64,000 nucleotides of DNA. It comes from Octopus bimaculoides. Its lineage: Eukaryota. Shown piece by piece: positions 42,086-54,779 of the stretch. The position numbers and the translations under genes were made by a program. Within the stretch, counting starts at the first letter, position 1; each line of letters opens with the position of its first letter. Location: positions 130,479,744 through 130,543,743 of the forward strand of contig NC_068984.1 in NCBI RefSeq assembly GCF_001194135.2. Direction: 5' to 3'. The notes below the pieces were generated by a model. It saw nothing but the letters and a program-made list of their open reading frames with translations, searched no databases and was not told the origin of the DNA.

Positions 42086-44273
42086 ATTCCTCTCATTAAA
42101 GCTAGAGAAAATGAAGCAAGTTGACCAGAATAGATATACCGTGACAAAGAATCCATCTTTGCTTGGATAAGTTGCTGGTCCACCACATGTAATGAACTAG
42201 TAATACCTATTACAGATAGCTTGGCAAACAGAGGAAATTTAGCATACAGTGTTTTGTATGATGGTATGCTTGTTTATGTAGGAGCTGGTGTGGCTGTGTG
42301 GTTGAGAAGCATGCTTCTCAACCAAGTGATTTTGGGTTCAGTCCCACTGCACAGCACCTTGGGTAAGTGTTTTTTTCTACTATAGCCTGAAATCGACCAA
42401 AGGCTTGTGAGTGTAGTTAGTAGGTGGAAACTGAAAGAAGCCCATCATATATATATGTAATGTATTTGTGTTTATGCTTACCCTTGTCTAGAAATCATGT
42501 GATGGTCATAAATGAGCATCATCATCATCATCAATGTAAAACATGTTTGGTCATGTTTGGAAATAGGTGAGAGTTGGTCCCAGGAAGGGCATCTGGCCAT
42601 AGAAAAGTCTGCCTCAACAAATTTTGTCTGACCCATGCAAACAATGAAAAGCAGATGTTAAATGATGATGATGTATCTCCATACCACTTCAATCCCTACC
42701 CTTTGGGATTCTTCATTAAGTGTGGCAGGTCAAAGGATAGAAACCTAACTAATGTGGACCACCTCTTCCTTACGGGAAATGAGAGCTGAAGAAAAGCAGG
42801 GATTGATCTGGAGAGAAGCAGAAAAGATAGCCTAGAATTGAGAACAGTAGGGAGAAGTTGCCAATGGCTTATATTCTATAGGGAGCATAAGGAGAGCCCT
42901 ATACTTGGTAACATGGCCTGCTTGAAATAGCAGCCAAATCCCACTCAAACTACACCCTCATATTTTAAAAAAACAGAAGGACAAAATATAGGATCTGTCC
43001 TATGAACTGTCTCTTTTCTCCACATTTGGGGTACTTCTGCTAATGTTCAAAATTGCTATTGCTAGCATCAGCATCAACATCATTGTTATTAAATTTAGCA
43101 CTGAGTTACATTTCAGGCTATAACTCCAGTTGGTCACTAAGTCTTATTTCATTGTGGTTAGAACCTCTCCTTATGTGCATATATACACATGCATACACAC
43201 ACACACACACTCATGTGACTATGTATTCATAAATGCACACACACACACACTAACATGCTTATATTATACAGGTCTGTTTTACTAGATTTTAAGTTTGCTT
43301 GATCAAGGGAGAGCTATTTCTAAACAACAATATCAACTTCAAAAGATTTGATTATTATTAATCCTAATTAAAATTGTTCTTCTACACGTCTTAGTAAAGA
43401 TCCCCTTTGGTCATGAATGACCATAGGACTGCACCTAAAAAGTTCCCTACCAAGGCACAAATCCAAGCAAGGTTGTTCATGTAAGACCAACAACTGCCCA
43501 TGCATATCAGTTTCTCCTTTCTATGCCACCAATGTTATCCAAGGGAAAGGCAAAGGCTGATACAACTTGGCATGAGTGACGCCGCAACTCGTTTCTACAG
43601 CTGAGTGAACTGGAGCAATGTTAAAATAAAGTGTGTTGCTTAAGAATACAACTCATGGCCTGGTCCAGGAATCAAGCTATCTCATGATTGTGAACCTGAT
43701 ACTCTAACCACTGAGCCATACGCTTACACCACTTATGCCTTTAAAATGTATGAAGGGACAATCACAAATCCAATAGCTTAAATATATCTTCAAGAAAAAC
43801 CTTTTTTTCATCAAAGGTTTTAAACTGTCCCCAGAGAATGTAACAGAAAATCCCTGGATGTGTAACCCCTTCAATGGGACTGTAATGATACTGTAACAGC
43901 AAGCTATGTCCAACATAAAATCTGTTGACAGTAGGTAGGAGGAAAGGCACCCCAGGTAACGCTTTTATCAGGATGGCACTTTGGAGGTCTGCTGTATAAA
44001 CCTATATAGGTTTAGGGGACCCAGGGGTGGGGGTGGGGGTGGGTGACAAACCCAAGGGTTGCACTGAGTGGCACACACTCCAGTTACACCAATGTCAGTT
44101 GATTTCAAATATTGCTTTGTTGTCAAGAGAAGAAACCAGGTTAATTATTAGTGTTGGTGAACGAAGGAGTAGCACCATGATGAGAATTGGAAGAAATAAC
44201 AGTCGGATGTTGGCAGTAAGAGTGGCAGCAGCTTCACTGTGCTGAGCCTCATGCAAGTTGCTTGCACACTTAC

Positions 44274-44318
44274 CTGACTTCAGTTTGCTACGGGATAGAT
44301 AGGATCTCAGCTTAGATT
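44274..44318 (-). CDS. ASAP: Candidate 45-nt symmetric ASAP exon (KSKLRSYLSRSKLKS)
   Basis: atcttgtag|...TCAG|gtaagt (consensus donor); phase 1-1 and open in the required frame. No homology support by eye. Confidence 0.55.
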
Positions 44319-44830
44319 CTACAAGATTCCAGAATAGGATCACATAAACAAAATTAATAAAACTAATTAAGCTATAATCATACAGTGTAATCACTAATTA
44401 ATTAGAGTATTAGAATATCAAACAAAAAAAAAAAACTAATTATTTCTATATTCATACAAAAAAAAAAAATCTTTTTCTGCAAATATTGTGAATATTTGTA
44501 AAGGAAATAATGACATGATGTCCAAAATTATTCCAAAGAATGTATACGTATTAGTTTTTAGTGATGGAATCTCAGCTTAGATTCTACAAGATTCCAGAAT
44601 AGGATCACATAATCAAAATTAATAAAACTAATTAAGCTATAATCATACAGTGTAATCACTAATTAATTAGAGTATTAGAATATCAAACAAACAAAGAAAA
44701 ATTATTTCTATATTCATAAAAAAAAAAAAATCTTTTTCTGGAAATATTGTGAATATTTGTAAAGGAAATAATGACATGATGTCCAAAATTATTCCAAAGA
44801 ATGTATACGTATTAGTTTTTAGTGATGGAA
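44304..44830. repeat. Tandem duplication, ~265-bp unit x2
   Basis: 44304-44568 versus 44569-44830, nearly identical apart from poly-A tracts. Confidence 0.92.
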
Positions 44831-45110
44831 ACAAACTTTGTAACAAATATCAATTTTCGTATCCAACTAAATTCAGTGTTTTGTTAAGAGTGCTGTAGAC
44901 TGGACTGTGATAGCTGCCCTCAGGAATCAGTTCATATCGATGTGAAGTGCTGAAGGAGGACAGATTATATTAGTAAACAAAATTTCATCAGCATTGGAAG
45001 ACGGCACTGTTGTAACAGGAGGATTATGCAGTCTACAATGTTCTTAATGACACATCTAAGTTAAGTCAGATGTGGTAATTAATATATATATATATATATA
45101 TTAGGAATTC

Positions 45111-45184
<74 letters not shown>

Positions 45185-46508
45185 AGTATCAAAAGTTTCT
45201 GTTGAAAGTCAAAAGTGAAAGAAGAGTGCTCTGTATAGTCAGAGCTGAATGTTATTATTAATGTAGTCAACTGGCACAGTCAGGTGTACCTTAGGGTTCA
45301 AAATCCATATTTTCTAGACAGTCATTTAATGCCTATGTTTCTAATCGATCTTTCATCAGTACCCAGATCAATTCTGTCCCTTTGAATCACATGATTCCAC
45401 TCTGTGGGATGGTTGGTGTTAGAAAGGGCATCCAGCTGTAGAAACCGTGTCAAAACAGACACTGAAGCCTGGTCCAGTCTCCTGCCTAACCAGCTCCTGT
45501 CAAACCGTCCAACCCATGCCAGCATGGAAAGCAGACGCTAAATGATGATGATCTCAAATTAACATCACCATCTTAATTGGGACTAATGAGAAATGTAGGC
45601 ATTAAATAATTGTCCTTAAATATAGATTTTGAAACCTAAGGTACTCTTAACTGTACTGGTAGACTATAATAATAATAATAATAATAATATTAATAACACC
45701 AATATTACATGTATCCATTTTGTATGTGAGTTTATGCATATGTGTTTGTATGCATTGCATATATGTGAGCATGTGCACACGTCTGTGTGTGAATGCATGT
45801 GTAGGTTTGTAAATTCTTATTCAGTTGTGACAATGTGTGTTGAATGTGTGAGAGTGTGCAAGACAACATTTAGAGAAGTATTAGCAGAAGCTGTCCAGAG
45901 TAAGTGGACAAGAGCTGGCTAAATTAAATGAAGAATGTCTGGTCAAATTGAAGTGTACAGGAATTGTCCCAAGTTAATAACAAGCAGCACCAATTTTGAT
46001 TAAATAGACCATAATTAGCTGAATTTAATTATCTGGACACGTCCATAATAGGTGGGGGATGGGACATAAAATAACCCTTTTTTCTTTTTTTTGTTTTCTT
46101 TTTTTTATTCACTTTTTCAACATTATTTTTATTTCACACTGAAATATTTGATGTCTTTTATTTATTTTTGTTTTTTTGTTTTTTTTTGAGAGAGAATATT
46201 CTAGATTTTCATCAGGCAGAAACAAGGTGGACATGATCACAAGAAACACTGCACAACAACAAAACAACCAACATCACCACCACAACAACAACAGCAGCAT
46301 GAACAACAATAACAACAGCAAGAACAACAAAAAACAGCAACAGCAACAACAACAGAAACAAGTAATAAAAAACCAAAAAAAAAACCAACCATAAATCATA
46401 CATAGCAAAATAGTTTGAAAATGTTTGAAATGCAAAGGGAGGAGCATGTGCGAAGGGGGCCATAAAAAAAGGGGGTCAAAGAAAACTGAAAGTGGAAACA
46501 TGGCTTAC

Positions 46509-46674
46509 TTGTCGGTTTGTTTAGAGGTGGTGGCAATGGCGGGGGCCGACTGGTCTCAAGTTCTCCCTTATCTCGATAGACAGCCTCTCGAGAAACTGAG
46601 GCTGCACTTGATGTTTCATTGATACCAATCACACTCGACGGTCTCGATCGTGGTTTCTTGTACTCCGGTACTCC
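46509..46674 (-). CDS. ASAP: ASAP exon (GVPEYKKPRSRPSSVIGINETSS...RPPPLPPPLNKPT)
   Basis: ctactatag|...|gtaagc; 166 nt, phase 0-1; the RSRPxS motif parallels RSPRPQS of ASAP1; Pro-rich SH3-ligand motif. Confidence 0.88.
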
Positions 46675-46884
46675 CTATAGTAGAAACGGTAAAAACATCA
46701 ACAAGGTGTAACGGGTATGGGACGTTCTGGCATGCCTGTTTTGGCGTTGCCTATTCGGCATCACTGATTTGATGCTGACTTATTTGACATAAGACATTTA
46801 ATGTTTCTCTTCTTGTTCCCTTCCTTCCCCCTTACACACAAACACACACTCTATATATGTGTGTGAATATATCTTCTCTTTAAA

Positions 46885-47316
46885 TTTGACGACTGGCACC
46901 CATGCCAACGTCGTCTCCTTCATTGGAAACGAAACTTGGCTTGCAAAGATCTATTGGGGCAAGCGAAAGCAAAATCATGATGGCACCTGTGCCCAGCATC
47001 ACCTTCCTGGCACTTGTGCCAGATGGCACATGTAAAGATATTCNNNNNNNNNNTGAAATTGTTGCCAGTGCCCCTGGACTGGCTCTTGTGCGGGTGGCAC
47101 ATAAAATACACCATTTTGAGCGTGGCCGTTGCCAGTACCGCCTGACTGGCATATGTGCCGGTGGCACATAAAAGCACCCACTACACTCTCGGAGTGGTTG
47201 GCATTAGGAAGGGCATCCAGCTGTAGAAACTCTGCCAAATCAGATTGGAGCCTAACCCTAACCCTAACCCTAACCCATGCTAACATGGAAAGCGGACGTT
47301 AAACGATGATGATGAT
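46885..47316 (+). mobile_element. Longer copy of the (GAT)n-tailed retroposon, with internal ~60-bp repeat units and a telomeric patch
   Basis: Internal units TTGCCAGTGCCCCTGGACTGGCTCTTGTGCGGGTGGCACAT followed by the family 3' end. Confidence 0.75.
47251..47276 (-). repeat. Interstitial telomeric repeat (TTAGGG)4
   Basis: Plus strand CC(TAACCC)4. Confidence 0.95.
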
Positions 47317-48160
47317 GTGTCTGCATAGGGGCACTCTTCTACATTATTTTGCACTTATTCCTAAGGTTAGATAAATTGGGACAATGTCAGTTTCAACAAT
47401 GATGGTTCCAGTTGATTCAATCAACAAAATAACTGGCACGATTGACATGTCAAAGGTTTATCAATGAACCAATCAACATTACAAGATTAGCCCTTCAGCA
47501 TTTAAACTGGCCATATCTGGCCTAAATATTCTACTTGTTTAATCCTAAAACTAGACAGATTTGGCTTCTCACACCTACCTTACAATGTTACTCCAAAGAT
47601 TAAACCCTCCCAATATCGAAACCTCAAGGCTACAAGACCTTGCATGATCCATTCAAAACAATGTAAATAAATAAGCATTACACTTGACAAAGAAATCTGA
47701 ATGCTAAAGGGTAAAAGAAAAATGAACCAAGAAAAATATCTCAGAATGGCCAATGGCATATATTTGAACATCATAAACAAAAACAGCTATGTCTAATAGT
47801 GTACAACATTATTTCTTGATGTATTGAGATTGTCTCTAAGGGATGTATCTCTATTATCAAATGGCATCTAAGACCAGCTCCATTTAAAAACTTGAATCTA
47901 GATGCCAAACTTTAAAATCCTTTCAGAGCCCACGACACATATTTACATATCTAATATCTCCACATATGTATGCTCAATATTGATACATGTTGTTTTATAG
48001 ACACAACTTTTATACAAACAATAACAAGGGGGGTTATATACAGATTGTCACAACAGGTAGGGTCAGCCACCAAAGATATATTGGCATTCACAACATATAA
48101 AAATACACACACACACAATAGATAGTCACCTCAGATAAATGAAATAGAAATGTTACTTAC

Positions 48161-48208
48161 ATCAATATCATCGTCACTATAACAGTCAAGCTGACATTGG
48201 GGCTCCTC
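48161..48208 (-). CDS. ASAP: ASAP acidic-linker exon (EEPQCQLDCYSDDDID)
   Basis: acattgcag|...|gtaagt; 48 nt, phase 0-0; SDDD corresponds to the acidic SDDDL segment of ASAPs. Confidence 0.85.
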
Positions 48209-50139
48209 CTGCAATGTAATATTTATTATATTGATTATAATTCACTGATGATCAATCCAATGACAACAATGGTGGTGGTGGTCATGATAATGGTAGAGGT
48301 GTGGTCATGATGGTGATGATAATGATTGAGATGTTAGTGCTAATGGTGGTGATGATAATAATGATAATGATGATGATGATTATAATAATGTAACATCTGC
48401 CAGTATTTAATCCTCAGAAGAGAAGAGGTTGGTAAAAAGCTGAAACTTGCTCTCTTCAATTTGGTCATGAATGTTGGGTAATGACCAGAAGAGTATGATC
48501 CTGAATAGAAACGGTAGAAATAGGGTTCCTCGAAAAGACCTCTAGAGTAATGTTAATCCACATGGTGCATAGCTTGGAGATCAAAGAATCTCTCCAGGTT
48601 GAGCTGCTACCATAAATACTCATGGATAGGTCACACTTTTTTTTTACCAAAAACTTTGATAAAAATCAGGGGTGAGACCAAATCCACTCAACATCACAGG
48701 AATCTGAAGTAGATAACAGCGTATCAGTAGTCCAGGTATGTACCCTGGGCCTGGGTTTTACATTTTTGTGACATCTGTTTATTAGAAAGCAGAAACTGGA
48801 AGTTTGCATGTTGGTCTTTTTGACAACATTGATTCAAATATAAGTCATATTTACATTAAAAGAGGGCCATGTAACTCCCCAGATTATAGTGCAACCTATC
48901 TGCGAGTCAACCACAAATACCAACTTTGACAACCCCAAACTAAGGGTGTGACCTATCCACAAATATATACAGTACTTCTCTGCATGGAGAGATCACAGCA
49001 CCGGTACAATGGATATGTGATTAGAATGTCACAGGAAAGAATTACAAGATGGATTCTTCAAGTAGAGCCAACTGACAGGAGACCTAGAGGTTAACCAAGA
49101 ACAAGATGGCTGGATAATGTTCATAATCTCAGTTGGTTATGCTTGCTTAGGAATTCACCCAGAAAGTGTAACAATGGTTGCTTCCGATAGGACCTTATGG
49201 AAGAAGTACCTGAGGACTCTTACTCCTACAACCTTCTCAGGAATAGCAGACAAAGAAAATGGTTAGATTGGTAATATTTGTTATCTTGTTGCCTTCCCAA
49301 ATGGAGGAGTGAGAGCTGTGTTGTTTAAAATAAGCTTCACAAATGGACATTTATACATGATGCTTATATGCAAAGACAGATTGACAGGCTGGAAATAGTA
49401 ACAGCAGTAACAATATACCCTCACCCATCCACACATCTGTTGTAGATTATTAAATAGAGAGAGAGCAGAGGTGAAGAAATTAACTAGAGAGCAATGACCA
49501 GCAATCAATTAGTGGCCATTATTCAATGACCAAGGTGCATGGCCTAGTGGATTCAAGGTCATAGCTTTGATTCCTGGACTGGACAGTGCGTTGTGTTCTT
49601 GAGCAAAACACATCATTTCACTGCCCTGTGATTACTTCAACACCTGACATGTGGCACACTGTGCACCTGTACAGGTAATCTCAATTCAATGAAGGGAGGG
49701 AGTTAAGGTACAACGCAAACATTTGATCACTACAAACAAATCATTTGTACAGTTGGTGGTCAGGCAAGAAATTTGAAAACCTCATCTGCTCAAGAACCAG
49801 GAATCAATCAGCTGTTGTTATTTAGTTGTCAACAATCTTTAAATTGCTATTCAGTTGCCAGTAATCTGTTAGTTGCTGTTATTCAATTACAAGCAACAAA
49901 TTTAGTTATTACTATTATAGAGCCTTTAGAAATCTGTCATTTGCTATTATTCAGTTTTGAATAGTCAAATAACTGGTTGCAATGTTTGTTGGAAATCTTC
50001 AATAGCAAAGATGACGACAATCTCTAATTTCAATTATTCAGTTGCCAGAAACCAAATAGCTGATGCAATATGTTAGTTGCCAATAGTCAATAGCCAAAAT
50101 ACTAGTAATCTGTAAGTTGGTATTATTCAGTTTATATGC

Positions 50140-50332
50140 AATGGAATAGTTATATTGATCAGTTTCCATCAATGGAATAGTTGCTTTAATCAGTTGCTAG
50201 CAATGAAATAGTTATTTCGGTCAGTGTCAGCAAAAAAAAATAGTTGCTTTAATTAGTTGCCAGCAATAAAATACTTGCCTTAATAAGCTGCCAGCTACAA
50301 AATAGTTGTTCTAAATCAGTTGCTAGCAATGT
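50140..50332 (+). repeat. Degenerate ~31-bp minisatellite, about 6 units
   Basis: Consensus AATGGAATAGTTGCTTTAATCAGTTGCTAGC; looser copies extend left towards 49810. Confidence 0.75.
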
Positions 50333-50667
50333 CAGTTTCACACTATAATGTGAAAGAGTCAATTCCAAACTTAATATTCTCCAACAAAAAAATTCCTGCC
50401 CGAAACATTAAACATCCCCTCTTTCTCCTGGAATTATATTTATTCCACTGGGAAAAATCATAACAACTGCACAGCAATAAACCAACAAAAGAAAGTCAAT
50501 CCAGATTCATTGCTATGATATCTAAAGAATGAGAGACAACCCCTGATAACAAAAGCAGTAGATCCAACCAAACTTACCATCAGAATCATAAAAGACAGAC
50601 AAGGGCAATTCCAACCTTCTTACCAGTCATGATATCTAGAAGAGGATGGGATTAATCCCAAACTTAC

Positions 50668-50736
50668 CACCATAAGATCCCAGTCAATGTTGACGTTTTC
50701 AAATAAATCTTTTCTGTTCTCCAAAGCAGCTTTTAT
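50668..50736 (-). CDS. ASAP: ASAP post-ankyrin exon (IKAALENRKDLFENVNIDWDLMV)
   Basis: ataatttcag|...|gtaagt; 69 nt, phase 0-0; the VxIxW pattern matches the ASAP HVEYEW region. Confidence 0.88.
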
Positions 50737-50929
50737 CTGAAATTATAGAAGTGATGGAGTTTCAGTATGGTGGTGGTGGTGGTAGTGTTGGTGGTGGTGA
50801 AGTAGTGTTGTGGTGGAGTGGTAGTGATTTGGTAGTGTGAAGTAGTGTACCGGCAGCGTGGTTGCAGTGTGATGGTATGGTGCAGTATGGGATTATATTA
50901 ATGTGGTGGTGGGATGAGAATGGAATATA

Positions 50930-51056
50930 CAGGGTGTCCACAAGGTCTGGATACATGGAGTAAATAAAATCATAACATAAACAATTAAATATAAGAAATA
51001 ATAATTTCTTAAAGGATGTGTTAATCCCCATGTACCCAGACTTTGTGGACACCCTG
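50930..51056. mobile_element. Tc1/mariner-type MITE, 127 bp
   Basis: 29-bp TIRs CAGGGTGTCCACAAGGTCTGGATACATGG (2 mismatches); TA on both sides. Confidence 0.88.
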
Positions 51057-51639
51057 TAGAATGATCAGTGAGGTGTTGTATCTTTTACTTGATTCAGTCA
51101 CTAGACAATGGATGTGCTGAGGCACCACCATGAAGGGTTAGGGTTTTAATTTAGCAAATCGACCCCAGTACTTATTTTTTAAAGTTTGGTATTTGTTATA
51201 TTGGTCTTTTTTTGCCAAACTGCTAAGTTAGAGGAACGTAAACAAAGCAACACCAGTTGCATACTTATTCATTTATTTATATATTTATTGTTGTTTATTA
51301 CAAAGTTCTATTCAGTAGTAATCATGCATAGTACCATTTCATTCTTTTTTTGAAATCATCAGCATGACATAACCTGAGGGATATTAATCTAACATTTTAT
51401 GAAGTGAGACATTCCTTATAGATGGAAAATAATTAAGAATCAGATATCAATAAGAAATGTGTTTCTTTATTTTCAGGTAGTGATCCTTGAGGTCAATTTA
51501 TGTTATGCAATTTATTTCAGGTAACATTGTGTTACACACCTAGAATTTCTAAATTTACTACATAAGCCACTTACTGTAACAGTGTTTTACATACTCTTTT
51601 TTGTCTTGAGCCCTAGAACTCACGGGGCTGATTATCCAG

Positions 51640-52290
51640 TTTCCATAGTGAATATGTGATCAAGATCACAACATTCCCTTGAATAAGAGTCTGGTCTGTT
51701 GCTGGGTTCAAAGCTAGCAATTTTGAGGGGTGGGAACAGGTTGATTAAATCAACATCAGTATTGGTCTTTATTTGATCAATCCTGAGAGGTTGAAAGGCA
51801 AAGTTAAACTCGGTGGCTTGGCAGGATTTGAACTTGGAACATAAAGCGCTGGAAGAAATTCTGCTAACCATTTTGCTTGATATGCTAATGATTCTGCCAG
51901 CTCACCACCTTAATAACAATAACTCTTTCTAATTTTGACACAAGGCTAGAAATTTTGAGGGGAGGGGAGGGGACAAGTCGATTACAATGACCCCAGTTCT
52001 TGACTGGTACCTTATTTTACTGACACGAAAGGGAAGAAAGGCAAAGCTAATCTCAGCAGAATTTGAACTCAATGTAAAGCACCTGAAGAAATGCTGCAAA
52101 GTATTTTGTCTGATATGCTAACAATTCTGCCAGCTCACTGCCTTTATTTAACAATATAGACAACAACAATAATATAGATATCATTACACATGTTTACCAA
52201 GGTGGGATATGAACTCAGAATGTAAAGAACTAGAAGTAATGCTGCTAAGCATTTTGTCTGATATGCTAACAATTTTGCCAGCTCACTACC
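51640..52290 (-). mobile_element. Three tandem copies of the same SINE family; further copies near 1660-1900, 56590-56830 and 57020-57240
   Basis: Same A-box/B-box head and GCCTTTCATCC central motif as the 24.4-25.9 kb chain. Confidence 0.75.
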
Positions 52291-52510
52291 TCGTTTTATA
52301 CACACGGGCATCATTTACTATATATATTTACTATATATATTTACTATATATATTACATCATTGGACATGCTACACAAGCCACTCCCTCTAACAGTATTGC
52401 TTTGTTACATCATTAGGTTTGCTACACAAAATATATCCCATAAAGGAGTGTCGCACACCCCGTGAAATTTATAAGAAAGATAGAAAGGAAATGCTGTGGT
52501 GATGACTGAC

Positions 52511-52697
52511 CAGTTCAGCACAAAGTTGGTGGTTATTTTCAATGGCAATGTCTAGAGGAGCTTGGCCTGCATTGTTCTCGAGTGAAGCCATGTCTGGTTT
52601 GGTACGCAGTATCAACTTTATACATTCAGATTTGTTGAGTTGAGCACATAAATGGAGAGCTGTGTTGCCATCTTTGGTTCGTTTATCCAGACTAGAA
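52511..52697 (-). CDS. ASAP: ASAP ankyrin-repeat exon (SSLDKRTKDGNTALHLCAQLNKSECIKLILRTKPD...GQAPLDIAIENNHQLCAEL)
   Basis: ctaattgcag|...|gtcagt; 187 nt, phase 2-0; GNTALH and GQAPLDIA ankyrin motifs. Confidence 0.95.
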
Positions 52698-54154
52698 CTG
52701 CAATTAGAATGAAACCATGTCAGCCTTGTCATATAACTCAATTAAAACACTCAAACACAGATGTTGTCGTCATCATCATCATCATCACTATCAACCCCAG
52801 CACATTACCGTCTTAGGTCCTATGACTCATTAGGCCACACACACACATACATACAAGAATATAAGAAACGAATAACAGCATAACCAAAACAAAATACCCT
52901 TGTTTAAAACTGACTAATGACAAATCAATGAAAGAGCCCCAATGTGTTAGCTCAGCTTGCTAGAAATACAAGCTAAATCTTCCTTAAATCTGAATAATGT
53001 AGTCTGAGACGTACACATGACAAAAAAAAAAAAAATGAGATGGTCATGACACGACCAAAATATTTAAAGAATATTAGAGATTGACCAGTTCAGATATTGT
53101 AAATGTAAAATTGGGAGTTTTACCCATACAAATGTTATAGATACGAAGTAGGGTTTTGGTGAGTTGAGATGTTCTCGATATACAACCAGGAGTGTTTTAC
53201 CATGTCTACATTATATAAATATCTAAATATTGTAAATAGAAACATGGAAACTGATTAGTTGGAAAACTGTAGGTATATAAATCAAAGACTGACAAGAGCA
53301 GTTGTACATATAGAATTAGGAATATGATTATTTCCACAGAGTAAAATATATATTAGAGAGATTAATCAGTGCAAATGTTGCTCATATAAAACTAGGAGAT
53401 TTATCTTCTAGGTATTGTGCATGTGTACCTCTCTCTCTGTCTGTCTATATATATATATATATATNNNNNNNNNNNNNNNNNNNNNNNNNNNNNNNNNNNN
53501 NNNNNNNNNNNNNNNNNNNNNNNNNNNNNNNNNNNNNNNNNNNNNNNNNNNNNNNNNNNNNNNNNNNNNNNNNNNNNNNNNNNNNNNNNNNNNNNNNNNN
53601 NNNNNNNNNNNNNNNNNNNNNNNNNNNNNNNNNNNNNNNNNNNNNNNNNNNNNNNNNNNNNNNNNNNNNNNNNNNNNNNNNNNNNNNNNNNNNNNNNNNN
53701 NNNNNNNNNNNNNNNNNNNNNNNNNNNNNNNNNNNNNNNNNNNNNNNNNNNNNNNNNNNNNNNNNNNNNNNNNNNNNNNNNNNNNNNNNNNNNNNNNNNN
53801 NNNNNNNNNNNNNNNNNNNNNNNNNNNNNNNNNNNNNNNNNNNNNNNNNNNNNNNNNNNNNNNNNNNNNNNNNNNNNNNNNNNNNNNNNNNNNNNNNNNN
53901 NNNNNNNNNNNNNNNNNNNNNNNNNNNNNNNNNNNNNNNNNNNNNNNNNNNNNNNNNNNNNNNNNNNNNNNNNNNNNNNNNNNNNNNNNNNNNNNNNNNN
54001 NNNNNNNNNNNNNNNNNNNNNNNNNNNNNNNNNNNNNNNNNNNNNNNNNNNNNNNNNNNNNNNNNNNNNNNNNNNNNNNNNNNNNNNNNNNNNNNNNNNN
54101 NNNNNNNNNNNNNNNNNNNNNNNNNNNNNNNNNNNNNNNNNNNNNNNNNNNNNN

Positions 54155-54364
54155 GATATACCCTCCAGCCTTCATTAGGTGTCTTGGGAAAATTTCGAAC
54201 CTGGGTTCTCATTCCTAAGGTATTTTTCCATGTTGTTATTATTATTACTGTTATTATTATTATTATTGTTGTTGTTGTTATTATTATTACTATAACTATT
54301 ACTGTCGTTATTATTATTATTATTGTTATTATTATTACTATAACTATTACTGTTATTATTATTA

Positions 54365-54406
<42 letters not shown>

Positions 54407-54476
54407 TCACTGCCTGGAAACGAACTCAGAATCTTGGGGTTAGTAGCCCGCACTCTTAACCACTATGCCATATGCC
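54155..54476 (-). mobile_element. Composite element: tRNA-like head, (TAA/CAA)n array, and 3' segment with a hammerhead-like motif, cut by the gap
   Basis: Head GGCATATGGCATAGTGGTTAAGAG...GAGTTCGTTTCC (54476-54403), about 170 bp of trinucleotide array, then ...AGACACCTAATGAAGGCTGGAGGGTATATC-N. Confidence 0.6.
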
Positions 54477-54779
54477 ATATGTAGTATAATACAGGCTGGT
54501 GGTTCTCAACCATTTTCACATCCCTTGGATTACTATTTTATTCTAGTGAACCCCATAGCCATTTGATTTTCAAAAACTAGTTTTATAAACACACCTTTCA
54601 AAGTTCCTATTTTGTTTTTCACATGTTTACATCTATCTTTCACTTATTTCCCCTCATTCCATTTGTGTTATTTCACCTGTCAGTATATACGCATACAAGC
54701 TACTAGCACAGGTACTATACACACATACACAACCATACATCCTGCACCAACCAAGTACACATCAGTTGCCACACACAAA

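Noticed and set aside
50578-50667. Second GTAAGTTTGG donor-like site 90 nt downstream of exon 50668-50736
   Set aside because: Extending the exon to it hits an in-frame TAA, and the spacing is too short for a separate exon.
54403-54476. Possible tRNA gene
   Set aside because: A and B boxes are present but there is no convincing acceptor stem or poly-T terminator, and it runs straight into (TAA)n; treated as a SINE head.
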